NCBI GenBank assembly: GCA_047601445.1
Contig: JASGJH010000001.1
Coordinates: forward strand, 8,480,001-8,544,000
DNA from: Myxococcales bacterium
GTDB lineage: Bacteria; Myxococcota_A; Polyangia; Polyangiales; DASUME01
Length of the DNA: 64,000 nt
Direction of reading: 5' to 3'
Positions within the stretch are counted from its first letter, which is position 1. Each line of letters opens with the position of its first letter. Of the stretch, positions 28,678-38,381 are shown one piece after another. Both the position numbers and the translations under genes were made by a program. The notes beneath the pieces were generated by a model. That model was not told the origin of the DNA. It was given only the letters and a program-made list of their open reading frames with translations, and did no database searches.

Positions 28678-30078
28678 GTGCCCAGTCGCAAAGTGCTTGA
28701 TGTTGGTGCGCCCCTAGGCGCAAGACACTCCGCAACGGTCCGCGCGATCGCCTTGGCCGCGCTGACTTGGGCGTCGCCAACGCGAGCCGAGACGGGAGTC
28801 GCCGACCCGCGTGCGCTGCCAACCACCGAGCTAGGTTGGGACTACCAGGGCCGCCTCGCGGCGGCGAGCGCGGGCGCCCACGCGGCGAGCTATTTCTATG
28901 CGGCAGGCGTGGACCGAGCGATCGAAGTGCATGATGGGAGCCTGAGCTACTTCGTGGGACCGAACTTCGAAGTGCACGATGGCGTTGCGGTCACGTATGT
29001 CCGCTCGGGCGCACGTCGCGTCGCGCGCACGCGCACGAGCACGTTGCAGACAGGGCTGATCGAGGACCCCGCGGCAGCACCGAACCCGCGAATCGATGTC
29101 GGAGATGCCTGGCTAGCGAGTACACTGGGGAAGGAGTCCCTTCGCCAGCTCTACGCCAGCGTGCGCCGACTGCTGCTCGAGAGCAGTCCAGGAACGGCGT
29201 ATCTGCATCATGATCATCTCGGCAGCTTGAGCTTGGCGACAGGAGCCGCGGCCGAGCTGCGCGGGCAATGTGCCTTCCACGTGGTTAGGGAAGCCAAGGA
29301 GTGCCATGGCTTCGTCGACTCTTACGGCTTGACCGGCCAGCGGCACGATCCCACCACGCGGTTCGAACACTTTCCCTATCGCGAACTGGATTCACGCGCA
29401 GGGCGCTGGAATAGCGCGGATCCGCGGTTTCTCCGGGATGGAGAGCTGTGCCTTGCTCGGCCGTTCGAGTGTCGGAATGGATACTCGTACGTTACCAACA
29501 ATCCCATCGACGGCTTCGATCCAACGGGAGAGGCCGTGTACTTCGTCCGCACGGGCGAAGAAGTGACCTTCGTTTTTGAGTACGAGGAAGAGGAGGTGGT
29601 GCAGGGCGGGGAGGGCGACTACGAGGGGACTCGAGCTGGTTGGGATGAAATGAATCGCGAGTGGTTTGGGGTAAGGGGTCCAGTCGTGCTTGATGGGGCC
29701 CTGCAGCGCGCTTTCGAGCTTGCCAGCAGTGCAGGTGGAGAAACGGAGGATGTGGTCGATGAATCGACAACTTTCCACGTTCGCAAGACGGGCGCCGTTA
29801 GCTATACCCTCAACAGGCGATGGCATACCGTGTTCAGGATCATCAGCAGTCCGGAGCAGACCAAAATATTTCGTAACCTGCTTGGATCAGGGATCATGGC
29901 GAACGACGTCGCTGATCTGCAGAACGTGGATGAGTACGAGCCCGAAACTGACGCCGCGCGTGGAATCGCGATCTTCGCACGCATGATTGGTAGGCATGAG
30001 CAAAGGTTGCCTCGCGATCGTGTCGATGCGACCGGCTACGTCAGGCAGCTGAGCCGATTGCTCTCGCACGCAGAATAG
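28678..30078 (+). CDS. Orphan Rhs repeat-associated core protein with unknown C-terminal domain
   Basis: YLHHDHLGSL; GLTGQRHD; GRWNSADP; YSYVTNNPIDGFDPTG; N-terminal YD cage missing, start uncertain. Confidence 0.8.
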   Translation: MPSRKVLDVGAPLGARHSATVRAIALAALTWASPTRAETGVADPRALPTTELGWDYQGRLAAASAGAHAASYFYAAGVDRAIEVHDGSLSYFVGPNFEVHDGVAVTYVRSGARRVARTRTSTLQTGLIEDPAAAPNPRIDVGDAWLASTLGKESLRQLYASVRRLLLESSPGTAYLHHDHLGSLSLATGAAAELRGQCAFHVVREAKECHGFVDSYGLTGQRHDPTTRFEHFPYRELDSRAGRWNSADPRFLRDGELCLARPFECRNGYSYVTNNPIDGFDPTGEAVYFVRTGEEVTFVFEYEEEEVVQGGEGDYEGTRAGWDEMNREWFGVRGPVVLDGALQRAFELASSAGGETEDVVDESTTFHVRKTGAVSYTLNRRWHTVFRIISSPEQTKIFRNLLGSGIMANDVADLQNVDEYEPETDAARGIAIFARMIGRHEQRLPRDRVDATGYVRQLSRLLSHAE

Positions 30079-30347
30079 CCGCCTGGTGAACCGTCCTCGT
30101 CGTGAGGTCGCCTGACAGCCGCCAAAAGCGGGTCCCCACACGCCGAGCTATCTGTAAGCCCGGCAGCGTCGACCGCGTGATCGACGAGCGCGGTGGCAGC
30201 CCGACGCACTTCATCGGTCGGACCTTCGAGGTGCGCGACGCATCGCGGTGGCTTACCTGCGGCTGGGCGAGCTCCGGGTAGGTGGGGCACGATGGCCCGT
30301 AGAACTCGCTACCCCAAAAGTAAAAATCCCCGATACACGGGCTTTCT

Positions 30348-30391
30348 TGGTCGGGGTGGCTGAATTCGAACCAACGACATCTGGCTCCCAA
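30348..30391 (-). repeat. Degenerate copy of the tRNA-Pro 3' half (old att site)
   Basis: 39/44 identity to 53116-53159 by my alignment. Confidence 0.85.
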
Positions 30392-30633
30392 GGGGCGGTC
30401 AGGGTGATGCCGCAATCGCTTGCAATCACCCTGACCGGGTCGGTCTTTGCTGGCGCCCACGGCGCTCCTTGTGCACGGATAAGGTGCTCTATTGAAATTG
30501 CTGGTTTCTGTTCGAACTATGCGGTGAGAACGACCGACTGTAGAGTGCGTCACACACTTCCCGTGGCCCCCTTCGGAGACTTGTGGTCGCCGCCGCGCCC
30601 GCGAAGAAGTGAAACGAGAGAAAGGGAATCCTC

Positions 30634-31530
30634 ATGGCCCAAGTACCCGACGTGATGCCCATGTCTGGCGGCGAGTTTTTGACGGCTGCTCGGCTCTGCA
30701 ACTTTTCGACTGGTCAGGCGTTTCTCTTGGCCAAGCATCACACCTGGCTCCAGAAAGACCTGCTGAGAGCGGTTCGCCATTCGGTGGCGCCCTGGATCGA
30801 CGTGGTTGGATACGCCAGCAAGCTCGGCGACGCGAACTTCAACATGACGCTCTCCGGCCACCGCTGTGAGTCGGTCAAAAGGAACATTCGAGCCCACAGC
30901 AACCGCGCAACCTTCAATGTGGAGCTTCACAAGGGCGAGTCCGAGAGCATGGGCAACGAGTCAAACAACGATGGGTATTGGCGCTCAGTCGATGTGTACG
31001 TTTGGGGAAAGAAACCTCCGGTACCAGTTCGACCGCCCCCCGCCCCCATTCCCGCGCTCGGATCCATGGAGTTCGAGATTCGTGTAGTCGGTGGAGGTTC
31101 AGCCTCGATTGGCGTGCAAGCCGACAACTTCTTCTTTCAGATCGTCGACCTCAAAGGCCGCAAAACAGCCTTCTTTTTCTACACCGGTGTGGGGATGGGT
31201 ATTTCCATCCCAAAGATCCCCGGTCCGGGGTCGATGACCAAGGCCGGACCGCCCAGCCGCTTCGTTACCGCGCGGCCCGTGCAGCTTCACTCGTTCAACT
31301 CCAAGGCATCGTTGTATCAGGACCCGGGAGCCACCATCGGATCCTGGAGCTACGGTGGAACCATGCGCCTCAGCTTGAAAGAGCTGACCGATCACGATGG
31401 CTTCGTCGGCACGCGACCGGGAATCATTCCCATCGAAGGCGGACCAGGCATCCAAATGCCGGGCCTCGGCTCGTCCAGCGAAGGCACGCTCGCCTTAGTC
31501 AGCCAAGTTCTCCCGTTCACCGGGTACTAG
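30634..31530 (+). CDS. OmpA-like (peptidoglycan-binding) domain protein with unknown C-terminal domain
   Basis: LCNF..G.A.L; VVGYASKLGDANFNMTLSGHR; GESE; WRSVDV; Pro-rich linker; no signal peptide seen. Confidence 0.6.
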   Translation: MAQVPDVMPMSGGEFLTAARLCNFSTGQAFLLAKHHTWLQKDLLRAVRHSVAPWIDVVGYASKLGDANFNMTLSGHRCESVKRNIRAHSNRATFNVELHKGESESMGNESNNDGYWRSVDVYVWGKKPPVPVRPPPAPIPALGSMEFEIRVVGGGSASIGVQADNFFFQIVDLKGRKTAFFFYTGVGMGISIPKIPGPGSMTKAGPPSRFVTARPVQLHSFNSKASLYQDPGATIGSWSYGGTMRLSLKELTDHDGFVGTRPGIIPIEGGPGIQMPGLGSSSEGTLALVSQVLPFTGY

Positions 31531-31552
31531 GACTACTTGATTGGGGCTTGGG
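31323..31552 (+). repeat. Direct repeat copy 1 (~230 bp; 3' end of the OmpA-like gene)
   Basis: Aligns to 32222-32450, sharing GGATCCTGGAGCTACGGTGGAACCATGCGCCTCA exactly. Confidence 0.9.
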
Positions 31553-32189
31553 TCTGCCAGGGCCTTGGATTTAGGGTGGAAGCTAAGCTGGACGAGCTGC
31601 AAAGTCAGGTCGAGGCAGGCCACGTGAGCTTCGATGAGCGGGCGTTGGCCGGCTGCCTCACCGCGCTGAAGCGGGCGCGCGAGTCGCATGGGTTCGTGGC
31701 ACTGGGAGGACTGCTTCGAGCCGTTCAAGGGCGCCCAGGAATGCGAGGCACCAGACGGTGCGTCGTATTACGTGCTCGGCGTGGACGCGGCCGGAGAGAG
31801 CACCGAGGACGGTGTGTGCTGGGCGCCGCCCAAGCGCAAGCTCGGCGAGCCTTGCGACAGCACTTGCCACACCGAGTACTGCGGCTCAACTTGGGGAGAC
31901 AGCACGGGCAAGAACCCAGGGCGTGTGCTTCTTGGCGGTTGGACTGTTCTGCGATCAATGGCAACGCAAGTGTCAGCATCTGGTCGCGCGCGGCGGAGCC
32001 TGCGAAGACTCCGAGGCCTGCGTCTCCGGCAACTACTGCTCCGACGAAGGCCGCTGCATAACGCAGAAGGCCAAGGGCGAGGCCTGCCAGGACTACGCCG
32101 AGTGTGGCGCCAAGATGTATTGCAGCGACGGTACCTGTAGCGATCTCTCCTTCGCGTTCCCAGACCTATGCGAAGGCGACTACGACTGA
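31553..32189 (+). pseudogene. Fragmented Cys-rich (Dickkopf-like) secreted protein gene
   Basis: Pieces in three frames: VEAGHVSFDERALAGCL; GEPCDSTC; GGACEDSEAC...GEACQDYAEC...; 5' end missing. Confidence 0.65.
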
Positions 32190-32221
32190 GGTGGGCGCAC
32201 GTTGTCGCGGCGTGAGCACGG

Positions 32222-32450
32222 CCCGGGGGCACTATTGGATCCTGGAGCTACGGTGGAACCATGCGCCTCATCTTGAAAGAGGTGACCGAACACGATGGCA
32301 TAGTCGGCACGCGGCCGGGAATCAATCCCATCGAAGGCCGACCAGGCATTCAGATGCCGGGCCTCGGCTCGTCGAGCGAGGGGCACGCTCGCCTTGGTCA
32401 GCCAAGTTCTCCCGTTCACCGGTATTTGCGCTACTTGATTCGGGCTTGGT
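32222..32450 (+). repeat. Direct repeat copy 2 (degenerate, frameshifted)
   Basis: Diverged copy of 31323-31552 with substitutions and indels. Confidence 0.9.
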
Positions 32451-32800
32451 GTCCGCTCCCTCGAAGTTGCGTGAGCACGGCGGGATTCCCGAGCGTTCGT
32501 TCCTGGAGCCTTTGCGTCGACCACGGATTTGCTTCACGCGCCCAGTCGGGCTTGGCGCTGGGTAAGAGGCGGCTGCCGAGCACCAGTGAGACGAACTTGC
32601 TCTGGAGTGTCGAGCACTATGGCGATGCGCTCGCGGGAGACTTAGGCCGGACTCGGCGAGAGTGCGGATGACCGTGCCGAGGTTCGTGGCCGAAGGGACG
32701 TTAGTGAAGATAGGGCAAGCGACCTCCTAAGGAGATCCCGATAGGTGGAGTCCTGGGAGCGATGACCGGTGTGGCCGGACGGCGTGGTATCGTTCCTGCC

Positions 32801-33796
32801 ATGCAGAAACCAACAACCTGTCCCCTCTGCGACGCGATAGAGACGATGGAGCCGCGCCTTCAGCGCTCTCAGTTCGAGTGTGACCAGAACCGAGAGGACC
32901 GCTCGTTCCTCTTTCGGTGCGATCGGTGCGGCGACTTCGAGTTCGAGCACAACTTTCTAGCCGATGAAACGCGGGATCTGCGCCGGAGGTTGAAGGCTGA
33001 AATCGCAATCAGGTTTTCGGGCCTCGCAAGGGCCGCGACTGACGCACGCAAGCAGCTAGTGATCACCGCTGAGAACAGTGACGATCTTCTTCGTAGCTCA
33101 GCCCAGCCGAGGTCGGCGTTGCAATACCTTGATAGGCTGTTGGAGCTGCTCGCAGAGCAGTGCCCGTATCCCGGGGCGAGCACTCAACCTGGGAGCGTGC
33201 GGGCCTATGCAGCCCGCGTATATCTGCCGTCGGCTGCATTCTTACAGGCGGTCGAGCTCCTCATCACGGACAAGGCTATTGTCTGCAAGGACGGCGACCA
33301 TGAGCGCATGTCCTTCAGTCTCTTGCCCGAGGGATGGCGCCGGGCCGAGTTGCTTCGAAGAGGTGTCTCAAGGGGAGATAGGGCTTTCGTCGCGATGTGG
33401 TTCTCGGACTCGATGACGGAGACCTATGAATCTGGAATTCGTCCGGTCCTTGAAGCTGCCGGCTATTCACCTCCGTTCCGGGTCGATGACCGAGAGCACG
33501 ATGCTGCTCACGGGCAGCCGGACCACAGGCCCAGGATCGACGATCGAATCATCGCTGAGATACGGCGCGCTCGCTTCGTAGTCGCAGACGCAACTGGGGC
33601 GCGGATGAACGTCTACTACGAAGCTGGCTACGCGGAGGCACTCGGCCTGCCCGTCATCTGGTGTTGTCGAGAGGACGAGGTTGAGAAGATGCCGTTCGAT
33701 ACCCGGCAACTTTCTCACATCCTTTACAAGGACTCGGAGGAGTTGCGGAAGCGGCTGACCGACCGGGTTGAGCGGCTAGGGCTCGTTCGTAGGTAA
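32801..33796 (+). CDS. Zn-ribbon + nucleoside deoxyribosyltransferase/TIR-like domain protein
   Basis: CPLC...CDRC; FVAMWF...IDDRIIAEIRRARFVVADAT...NVYYEAGYAEALGLPVI...FDTRQ. Confidence 0.75.
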   Translation: MQKPTTCPLCDAIETMEPRLQRSQFECDQNREDRSFLFRCDRCGDFEFEHNFLADETRDLRRRLKAEIAIRFSGLARAATDARKQLVITAENSDDLLRSSAQPRSALQYLDRLLELLAEQCPYPGASTQPGSVRAYAARVYLPSAAFLQAVELLITDKAIVCKDGDHERMSFSLLPEGWRRAELLRRGVSRGDRAFVAMWFSDSMTETYESGIRPVLEAAGYSPPFRVDDREHDAAHGQPDHRPRIDDRIIAEIRRARFVVADATGARMNVYYEAGYAEALGLPVIWCCREDEVEKMPFDTRQLSHILYKDSEELRKRLTDRVERLGLVRR

Positions 33797-33924
33797 TTCA
33801 TTCGGTGTCAGACCACTCGATCGGGTAGCGGGGTGACGAACAGGAGTGCAGGCCTAGTTGGGTCTAGTTGGTAATGGGGACGGGCCTGTAGGATTGCTCC
33901 ATCCGCAGTCAGGAAGGTGCTTCG

Positions 33925-34215
33925 ATGACTTGGATAGTTTCATTCGAACTTGATTCTTCAGTGTCCCCCCTACAGCGCACGGCGCTCTACGTGCTGCTCC
34001 GGAAAGACAATGGCCTCTGTACGATCGTGAAAAGCGGAGAAAAAGAGCATCCAGTTGCCGATACGACGCTCATCGGAGCTGCCGCTGGCCTTGCAAGCAC
34101 GGCTGCCGACGTGAGTGGGAACCTCAAGAGCAAGATGGAGAGCAGCATCGGTACCATCAAGGCCACACGCATCGTCGGTGCGCTCCTCGATGGGGACGCA
34201 CTCTTCGCAATCTAG
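33925..34215 (+). CDS. Hypothetical protein
   Basis: 96-aa ORF, GGAAGG upstream. Confidence 0.5.
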   Translation: MTWIVSFELDSSVSPLQRTALYVLLRKDNGLCTIVKSGEKEHPVADTTLIGAAAGLASTAADVSGNLKSKMESSIGTIKATRIVGALLDGDALFAI

Positions 34216-34275
34216 CGAAGAGCGCCTGAGCACACTGGCGCAAGAATATGTCACAGCCGAAGTATACCATCTTCA

Positions 34276-34617
34276 TCAGCAGCACCTTTCCAGGATGGCC
34301 TTGGCTTCCTCGTAGCTGTCGGCTGCCGGAATGCGGCGAAGGGCCTGGCCTACGGCCCAATCGGGGTTGTTCTTCTTGAGCGGCTTCAGCTCAGTGGAGG
34401 CAATGTCCCAGGCTCGTGCAGTCTGGACGACTGGTGAGGGGGCAGCCTCCACGATAGTGAACCAGCCCCGTTGGAAGAGCGCATCGCCACCCTTGCTCGG
34501 GATACAGAACAGCTCCTCATTGGCTCCGCGCCCGTACTGTTGGATGAGCTGTGCGCGCCACTGTTCCTCGATGGACAACATCCCCCACGCGGTTCTCATG
34601 GTCGAAGGTGGCCCCAA
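34276..34617 (-). pseudogene. Phage terminase large subunit fragment
   Basis: EELFCIPSKGG..LFQRGWF...RAWDIASTE...PDWAVG, resembling the TerL RNase H-like nuclease region; far too short to be intact. Confidence 0.6.
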
Positions 34618-34841
34618 GGAGCTCGCTATCTGGCGGATCTATCTCATCGACGACGGGCAGTCCTTCCGTGTGGGACCCGGGTCCACGGCGTCGCTCGAAA
34701 TGTTCTCTTGGTACGAGCTGACCCTAAGCCGTTAGACACCAGGGACCACCCGAGCTCGACCGATCACGCGCACGGGGCTCACGTCCGATATGACAAGCTC
34801 CGGTAAAGCGCAGAGGTACCAAGGACACTCGGGAGGCAAGA

Positions 34842-35495
34842 ATGGAAGACGAGGAGACAAACAGTTTGAAGCGTGCCGGAAAGTCTGCGCTCGCTGCAGT
34901 CGCTACCGGCGTCGGACTAGTTGTGCCTGGTGGTGCCTTGGTAGGTCGACTGATTCAGCACGTCCAGGAGGTGCGTGAGGAGCGCCAGGCCGCAAAGAGC
35001 CGCGGCTTCTGTTTGCGCCTAATGCATGGCCTGAGCTCCGAGGAGGAGCAACAGACCTTCATGGGAGGGCTCGGGGCTCTACCCGAGTTTCCCGAACTCG
35101 TAGATGCGATGGGGGCTGACGTCGAGCTCGAGAAGGCCGACGTGTACGCCATGGCTGTGCTCCTTATCGTGCACGGGGACATACCTGTCGACTCGCGTCG
35201 CGATCTTGTGCACACCGTCCAGCAACTTCGGATGGAGGACTTCGCGTTTCTCGCGGCTGTCTGTTCGCAATCGCGCGAAGTAATAGAGCGCCCCACCAAC
35301 GACACCATAACCGGCTACGACGCCCGCCATAAGGGAATCATTGAACGGTTGCATCTCAATGGATGCCTGAGAGAGGGAGGTTTGGGCGTGTCGTTCCCGA
35401 CGCTCTTCGGAAGGCAGATCAACGGGTGGTTCCATTCATTGCTCCCAGCTGATGCGATCAAGAACGCAAGACACCCATCCAGGCCCCTGTGGTAA
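34842..35495 (+). CDS. Hypothetical protein (loosely Abi-alpha/DUF4393-like)
   Basis: 217-aa ORF with GGAGG RBS; VPGGALVG N-terminus; EKADVYA...QQLRMEDFAFL; wHTH-like end. Confidence 0.5.
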   Translation: MEDEETNSLKRAGKSALAAVATGVGLVVPGGALVGRLIQHVQEVREERQAAKSRGFCLRLMHGLSSEEEQQTFMGGLGALPEFPELVDAMGADVELEKADVYAMAVLLIVHGDIPVDSRRDLVHTVQQLRMEDFAFLAAVCSQSREVIERPTNDTITGYDARHKGIIERLHLNGCLREGGLGVSFPTLFGRQINGWFHSLLPADAIKNARHPSRPLW

Positions 35496-35715
35496 AGCAC
35501 CGCGGCACCAAGCGCTCCCACCGGGACCAGGCCGCTATCGAGGCTGCCCACGAGCATGCCCGCGTCGCGCGTGGCCCAGGGCATGCCGGCCGAGGAGCCC
35601 GAGCCGACGGCCACGGTGAGCCGCAAGTACAGTGCCGCCCGAGGTGGCAGCGCTCGAGCCGCAGGTCTGTGCGTGGGACCCGAAGCCGGGGGGCGCAGCC
35701 GAAGCGGCGGGGCGG

Positions 35716-36603
35716 TCAGTAGCCGGGAAACCGGGGGCTTCCAAGATTGAGAATGGCGTCGTCTCCAAGACCATTGAAGGTGCACCCGCTCAAGTAAGTT
35801 CGCCCAGCGTGGAAGATCTCGAGAGGGTTGCAGGAGCCGTAGAACGTCGTGTCGGACCTTCTCCTTGCGACGGGAGTTCCCAGCGGATCGCCGATTTGGA
35901 AATCCCACCCGTGGCCATGAATTCGAAACCCGTAATTGGTACCATCGATTTCGTAGCCATTGCCGAGGCCCATTTTCAGTCTCTCAACCTCGACCATGTT
36001 GTGTTCGGGTCGAAACGTCATAGTCGCGACAACATCTCTAGGTCCGTTGTTGATTTGCAGCTTCTGACCTTCGAGCGTGATGTCCCAGCTTCCCCGCGAG
36101 AACACGACCGCGTTGCCTTCCATGCGGAGGGTCTCACGACCTTCGAGGTCAGAAAGCGTTCCCCACAATTCCCATGGCGCGCCGGGGTCTTCAGGCATCT
36201 GAATCCCGACGAGTACTTTGCGATTTACGCAGACGGCGAGCCTAGCTCCTGGAGCTCGGGCTCTCACAAGCAGGCCACCCATTCGGATGACAGACGTTTG
36301 AGACACGTCGAATGTCGGCCAAACAGGCGGGTTGGCTTTGCAAAATGGATTCGATCTCCACCCTGCAACGGCTCTAGCCGAAATTCGTCCGGAGGTTTTT
36401 TCTTGATGATCGGTGGGGCACAGCAGGGCTATGCCCTCTGCGCGGTGCTCCTCTGCGTCCTCAAAGGGCGGGTCGAAGTGCTCGTAGTGAACGGGAAGCC
36501 TCCCGCACCGAACACAGCCGAAGCCGCACTGACGGCGTACCTCCCGCATCACAGTCTCTCTAAGATCGGACCGCCTAAGTCCGAAACGATTCGGGTCTGC
36601 CAT
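35716..36603 (-). CDS. HNH endonuclease domain protein with beta-rich C-terminal region
   Basis: VRRQCGFGCVRCG...YEHFDP...GIALLCPTDH. Confidence 0.75.
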   Translation of the reverse strand: MADPNRFGLRRSDLRETVMREVRRQCGFGCVRCGRLPVHYEHFDPPFEDAEEHRAEGIALLCPTDHQEKTSGRISARAVAGWRSNPFCKANPPVWPTFDVSQTSVIRMGGLLVRARAPGARLAVCVNRKVLVGIQMPEDPGAPWELWGTLSDLEGRETLRMEGNAVVFSRGSWDITLEGQKLQINNGPRDVVATMTFRPEHNMVEVERLKMGLGNGYEIDGTNYGFRIHGHGWDFQIGDPLGTPVARRRSDTTFYGSCNPLEIFHAGRTYLSGCTFNGLGDDAILNLGSPRFPGY

Positions 36604-37170
36604 TTGGTCGACTATCCTTTAGCCAAATCTACTTTTCCGATTCCAAGGGGCGCAAGCACGGCGGCCACGCGCTGGTCGAGCTCGGCGAGCACGTCAGGGT
36701 ACTTCTCGGCCACGATGGCGCGCGACTGCGCTACCTGAGTCGAGAGCTGCTCACGGGGACTTGGGCAGGCTGCTGACCGCGGCCTCGTCGCTTTGCAGCG
36801 CCGCGCACCCCTGGCCCTCGCAGCTCAAGATGGCCGCCACCTAGGCGTTGGAGCACGCCGCCGGCTTGATCTTGTGCTTCGTGAGCGTCTGCTGCAGCTC
36901 GGCGAGCTCGCGCTCGAGCTGCACGATGCCCTGACCGTCCTCGTGAAGCTGGGCCCTGTCCACCACGCCCGACTCCTTGCCGACCTCGCGCTCGGTGGCG
37001 AGCGAGGCCTCGAGCTGGGCAAGCAGTGACTTGGTAGAGCAGATTCGAACCTGCTGGCCGAGTTCCGCCGCAAGTAATTGCGAGTGGTGGGAACTGCCGG
37101 CGAAGAGGACACGCGGGCACTGGCCGAGGCTTGAAGCTCCCCCAGTTCCGTTGACACGCAGGAGAAACTG

Positions 37171-37509
37171 ATGCGTGTTCGGAAGCACAACAAGTACACC
37201 GATGAGTTCAAGGCAGAGACGATCGCGCTGATGAAGCGGGACGACCGCAGTTTTGCCCAGTTGTCCGTGGATTTAGGCATCAGCAGCTGGACCTTGCGGG
37301 AGTGGTACAACAGAGACGAGATGGCCAAGAAGAGCAAGCGGAAGCCGGGGGTACCGGTCGCTCCGGTACCTGCTGCTGAAACGGCAGAGGAGAAGGCGGC
37401 CCGGCTGGAGCGGGAGAACGAGCGGTTACGCAAGAAGGTGGAGTCGCTCGAAATGGACCGCGAAATCCTAAAAAAAGCGGCAGCCTTCTTCGCGAAGGAA
37501 AGCGAATGA
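37171..37509 (+). CDS. IS3 transposase OrfA
   Basis: KYTDEFKAE HTH; ILKKAAAFFAKE; A7G slippery site at 37470-37477. Confidence 0.93.
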   Translation: MRVRKHNKYTDEFKAETIALMKRDDRSFAQLSVDLGISSWTLREWYNRDEMAKKSKRKPGVPVAPVPAAETAEEKAARLERENERLRKKVESLEMDREILKKAAAFFAKESE

Positions 37510-38381
37510 GGTTCGCCTTCATCCACGCGGAGAAGGCGAACTTCCCGGTGTCAGCGCTGTGCCGGAACCTGCAGGTGACCCGGCAGGGGTACTACGCGTT
37601 CGCGAGTCGCCCGCCGAGTCCCCGTGCGGACCAGGACCGGGCCCTCTTGGAACGGGTCGGCCAGGTGCACGCGGAGAGCCGCAACGCCTACGGAAGTCCG
37701 CGAGTTCGAAAGGAACTCCGACGTCGTGGCATTCGGGTCGGCAAACGCCGGGTGGAGCGCGCCATGCGGAGCTTGGGGCTCTGCGCCCGGCCTCGTCGCC
37801 GGTTCCGTGTGACCACCGCTGCAAATCCGCGGCATCCAGTCGAGCCTAACGTGCTCAACCGCGAGTTCCGCGCCGAACGTCCCAATCAGCGCTGGGTGAC
37901 GGACATCTCGTACGTCTGGACCGACGAGGGCTGGTGCTACCTCGCTGTCATCATCGACCTGTTTTCCAGGACCGTCGTGGGCTGGGCTCTGGACGCCATG
38001 CTCTCGACCCAGCTGCCCCTCGCAGCGCTGGACATGGCGCTTCGGCGCCGTCGTCCCGACGCAGCAGGCCTGCTCCACCACTCTGACCGGGGCTGCCAGT
38101 ACACGAGTCAGGAATACCGCTCATCGCTCGCCCAGCACGGGCTCTCGGTCAGCATGAGCCGCAAGGGCAACTGCTGGGATAACGCGGTCGCGGAGAGCTT
38201 CTTTTCGACCATCAAGGCCGAGCTAATTCACGGCCGACGTTGGGCCGGACGCCTTGAGCTCCGGTCCGCAGTCTTCGAGTACATCGAGGTCTTCTACAAT
38301 CGGCGGAGGCTACATTCGTCACTGGGGTATCGGACCCCAGCCGAGTTCGAGAACGATTACACTGCGGCTCAGGCCGCCTAA
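37506..38381 (+). CDS. IS3 transposase OrfB (DDE), -1 frame to OrfA
   Basis: WVTDISY; HHSDRGCQY; GNCWDNAVAESFF; YNRRRLHSSLGY. Confidence 0.95.
   Translation: MRFAFIHAEKANFPVSALCRNLQVTRQGYYAFASRPPSPRADQDRALLERVGQVHAESRNAYGSPRVRKELRRRGIRVGKRRVERAMRSLGLCARPRRRFRVTTAANPRHPVEPNVLNREFRAERPNQRWVTDISYVWTDEGWCYLAVIIDLFSRTVVGWALDAMLSTQLPLAALDMALRRRRPDAAGLLHHSDRGCQYTSQEYRSSLAQHGLSVSMSRKGNCWDNAVAESFFSTIKAELIHGRRWAGRLELRSAVFEYIEVFYNRRRLHSSLGYRTPAEFENDYTAAQAA

Noticed and set aside
30348..30391. Additional tRNA gene (also considered for 38603-38648)
   Set aside because: Only the 3' half is present in each case; these are att remnants
31323..32450. Repeat pair as the VR/TR of a diversity-generating retroelement
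   Set aside because: Differences are not adenine-specific, include indels, and no reverse transcriptase is in the window
35632..36738. 368-aa plus-strand ORF
   Set aside because: Antisense to the motif-bearing HNH gene
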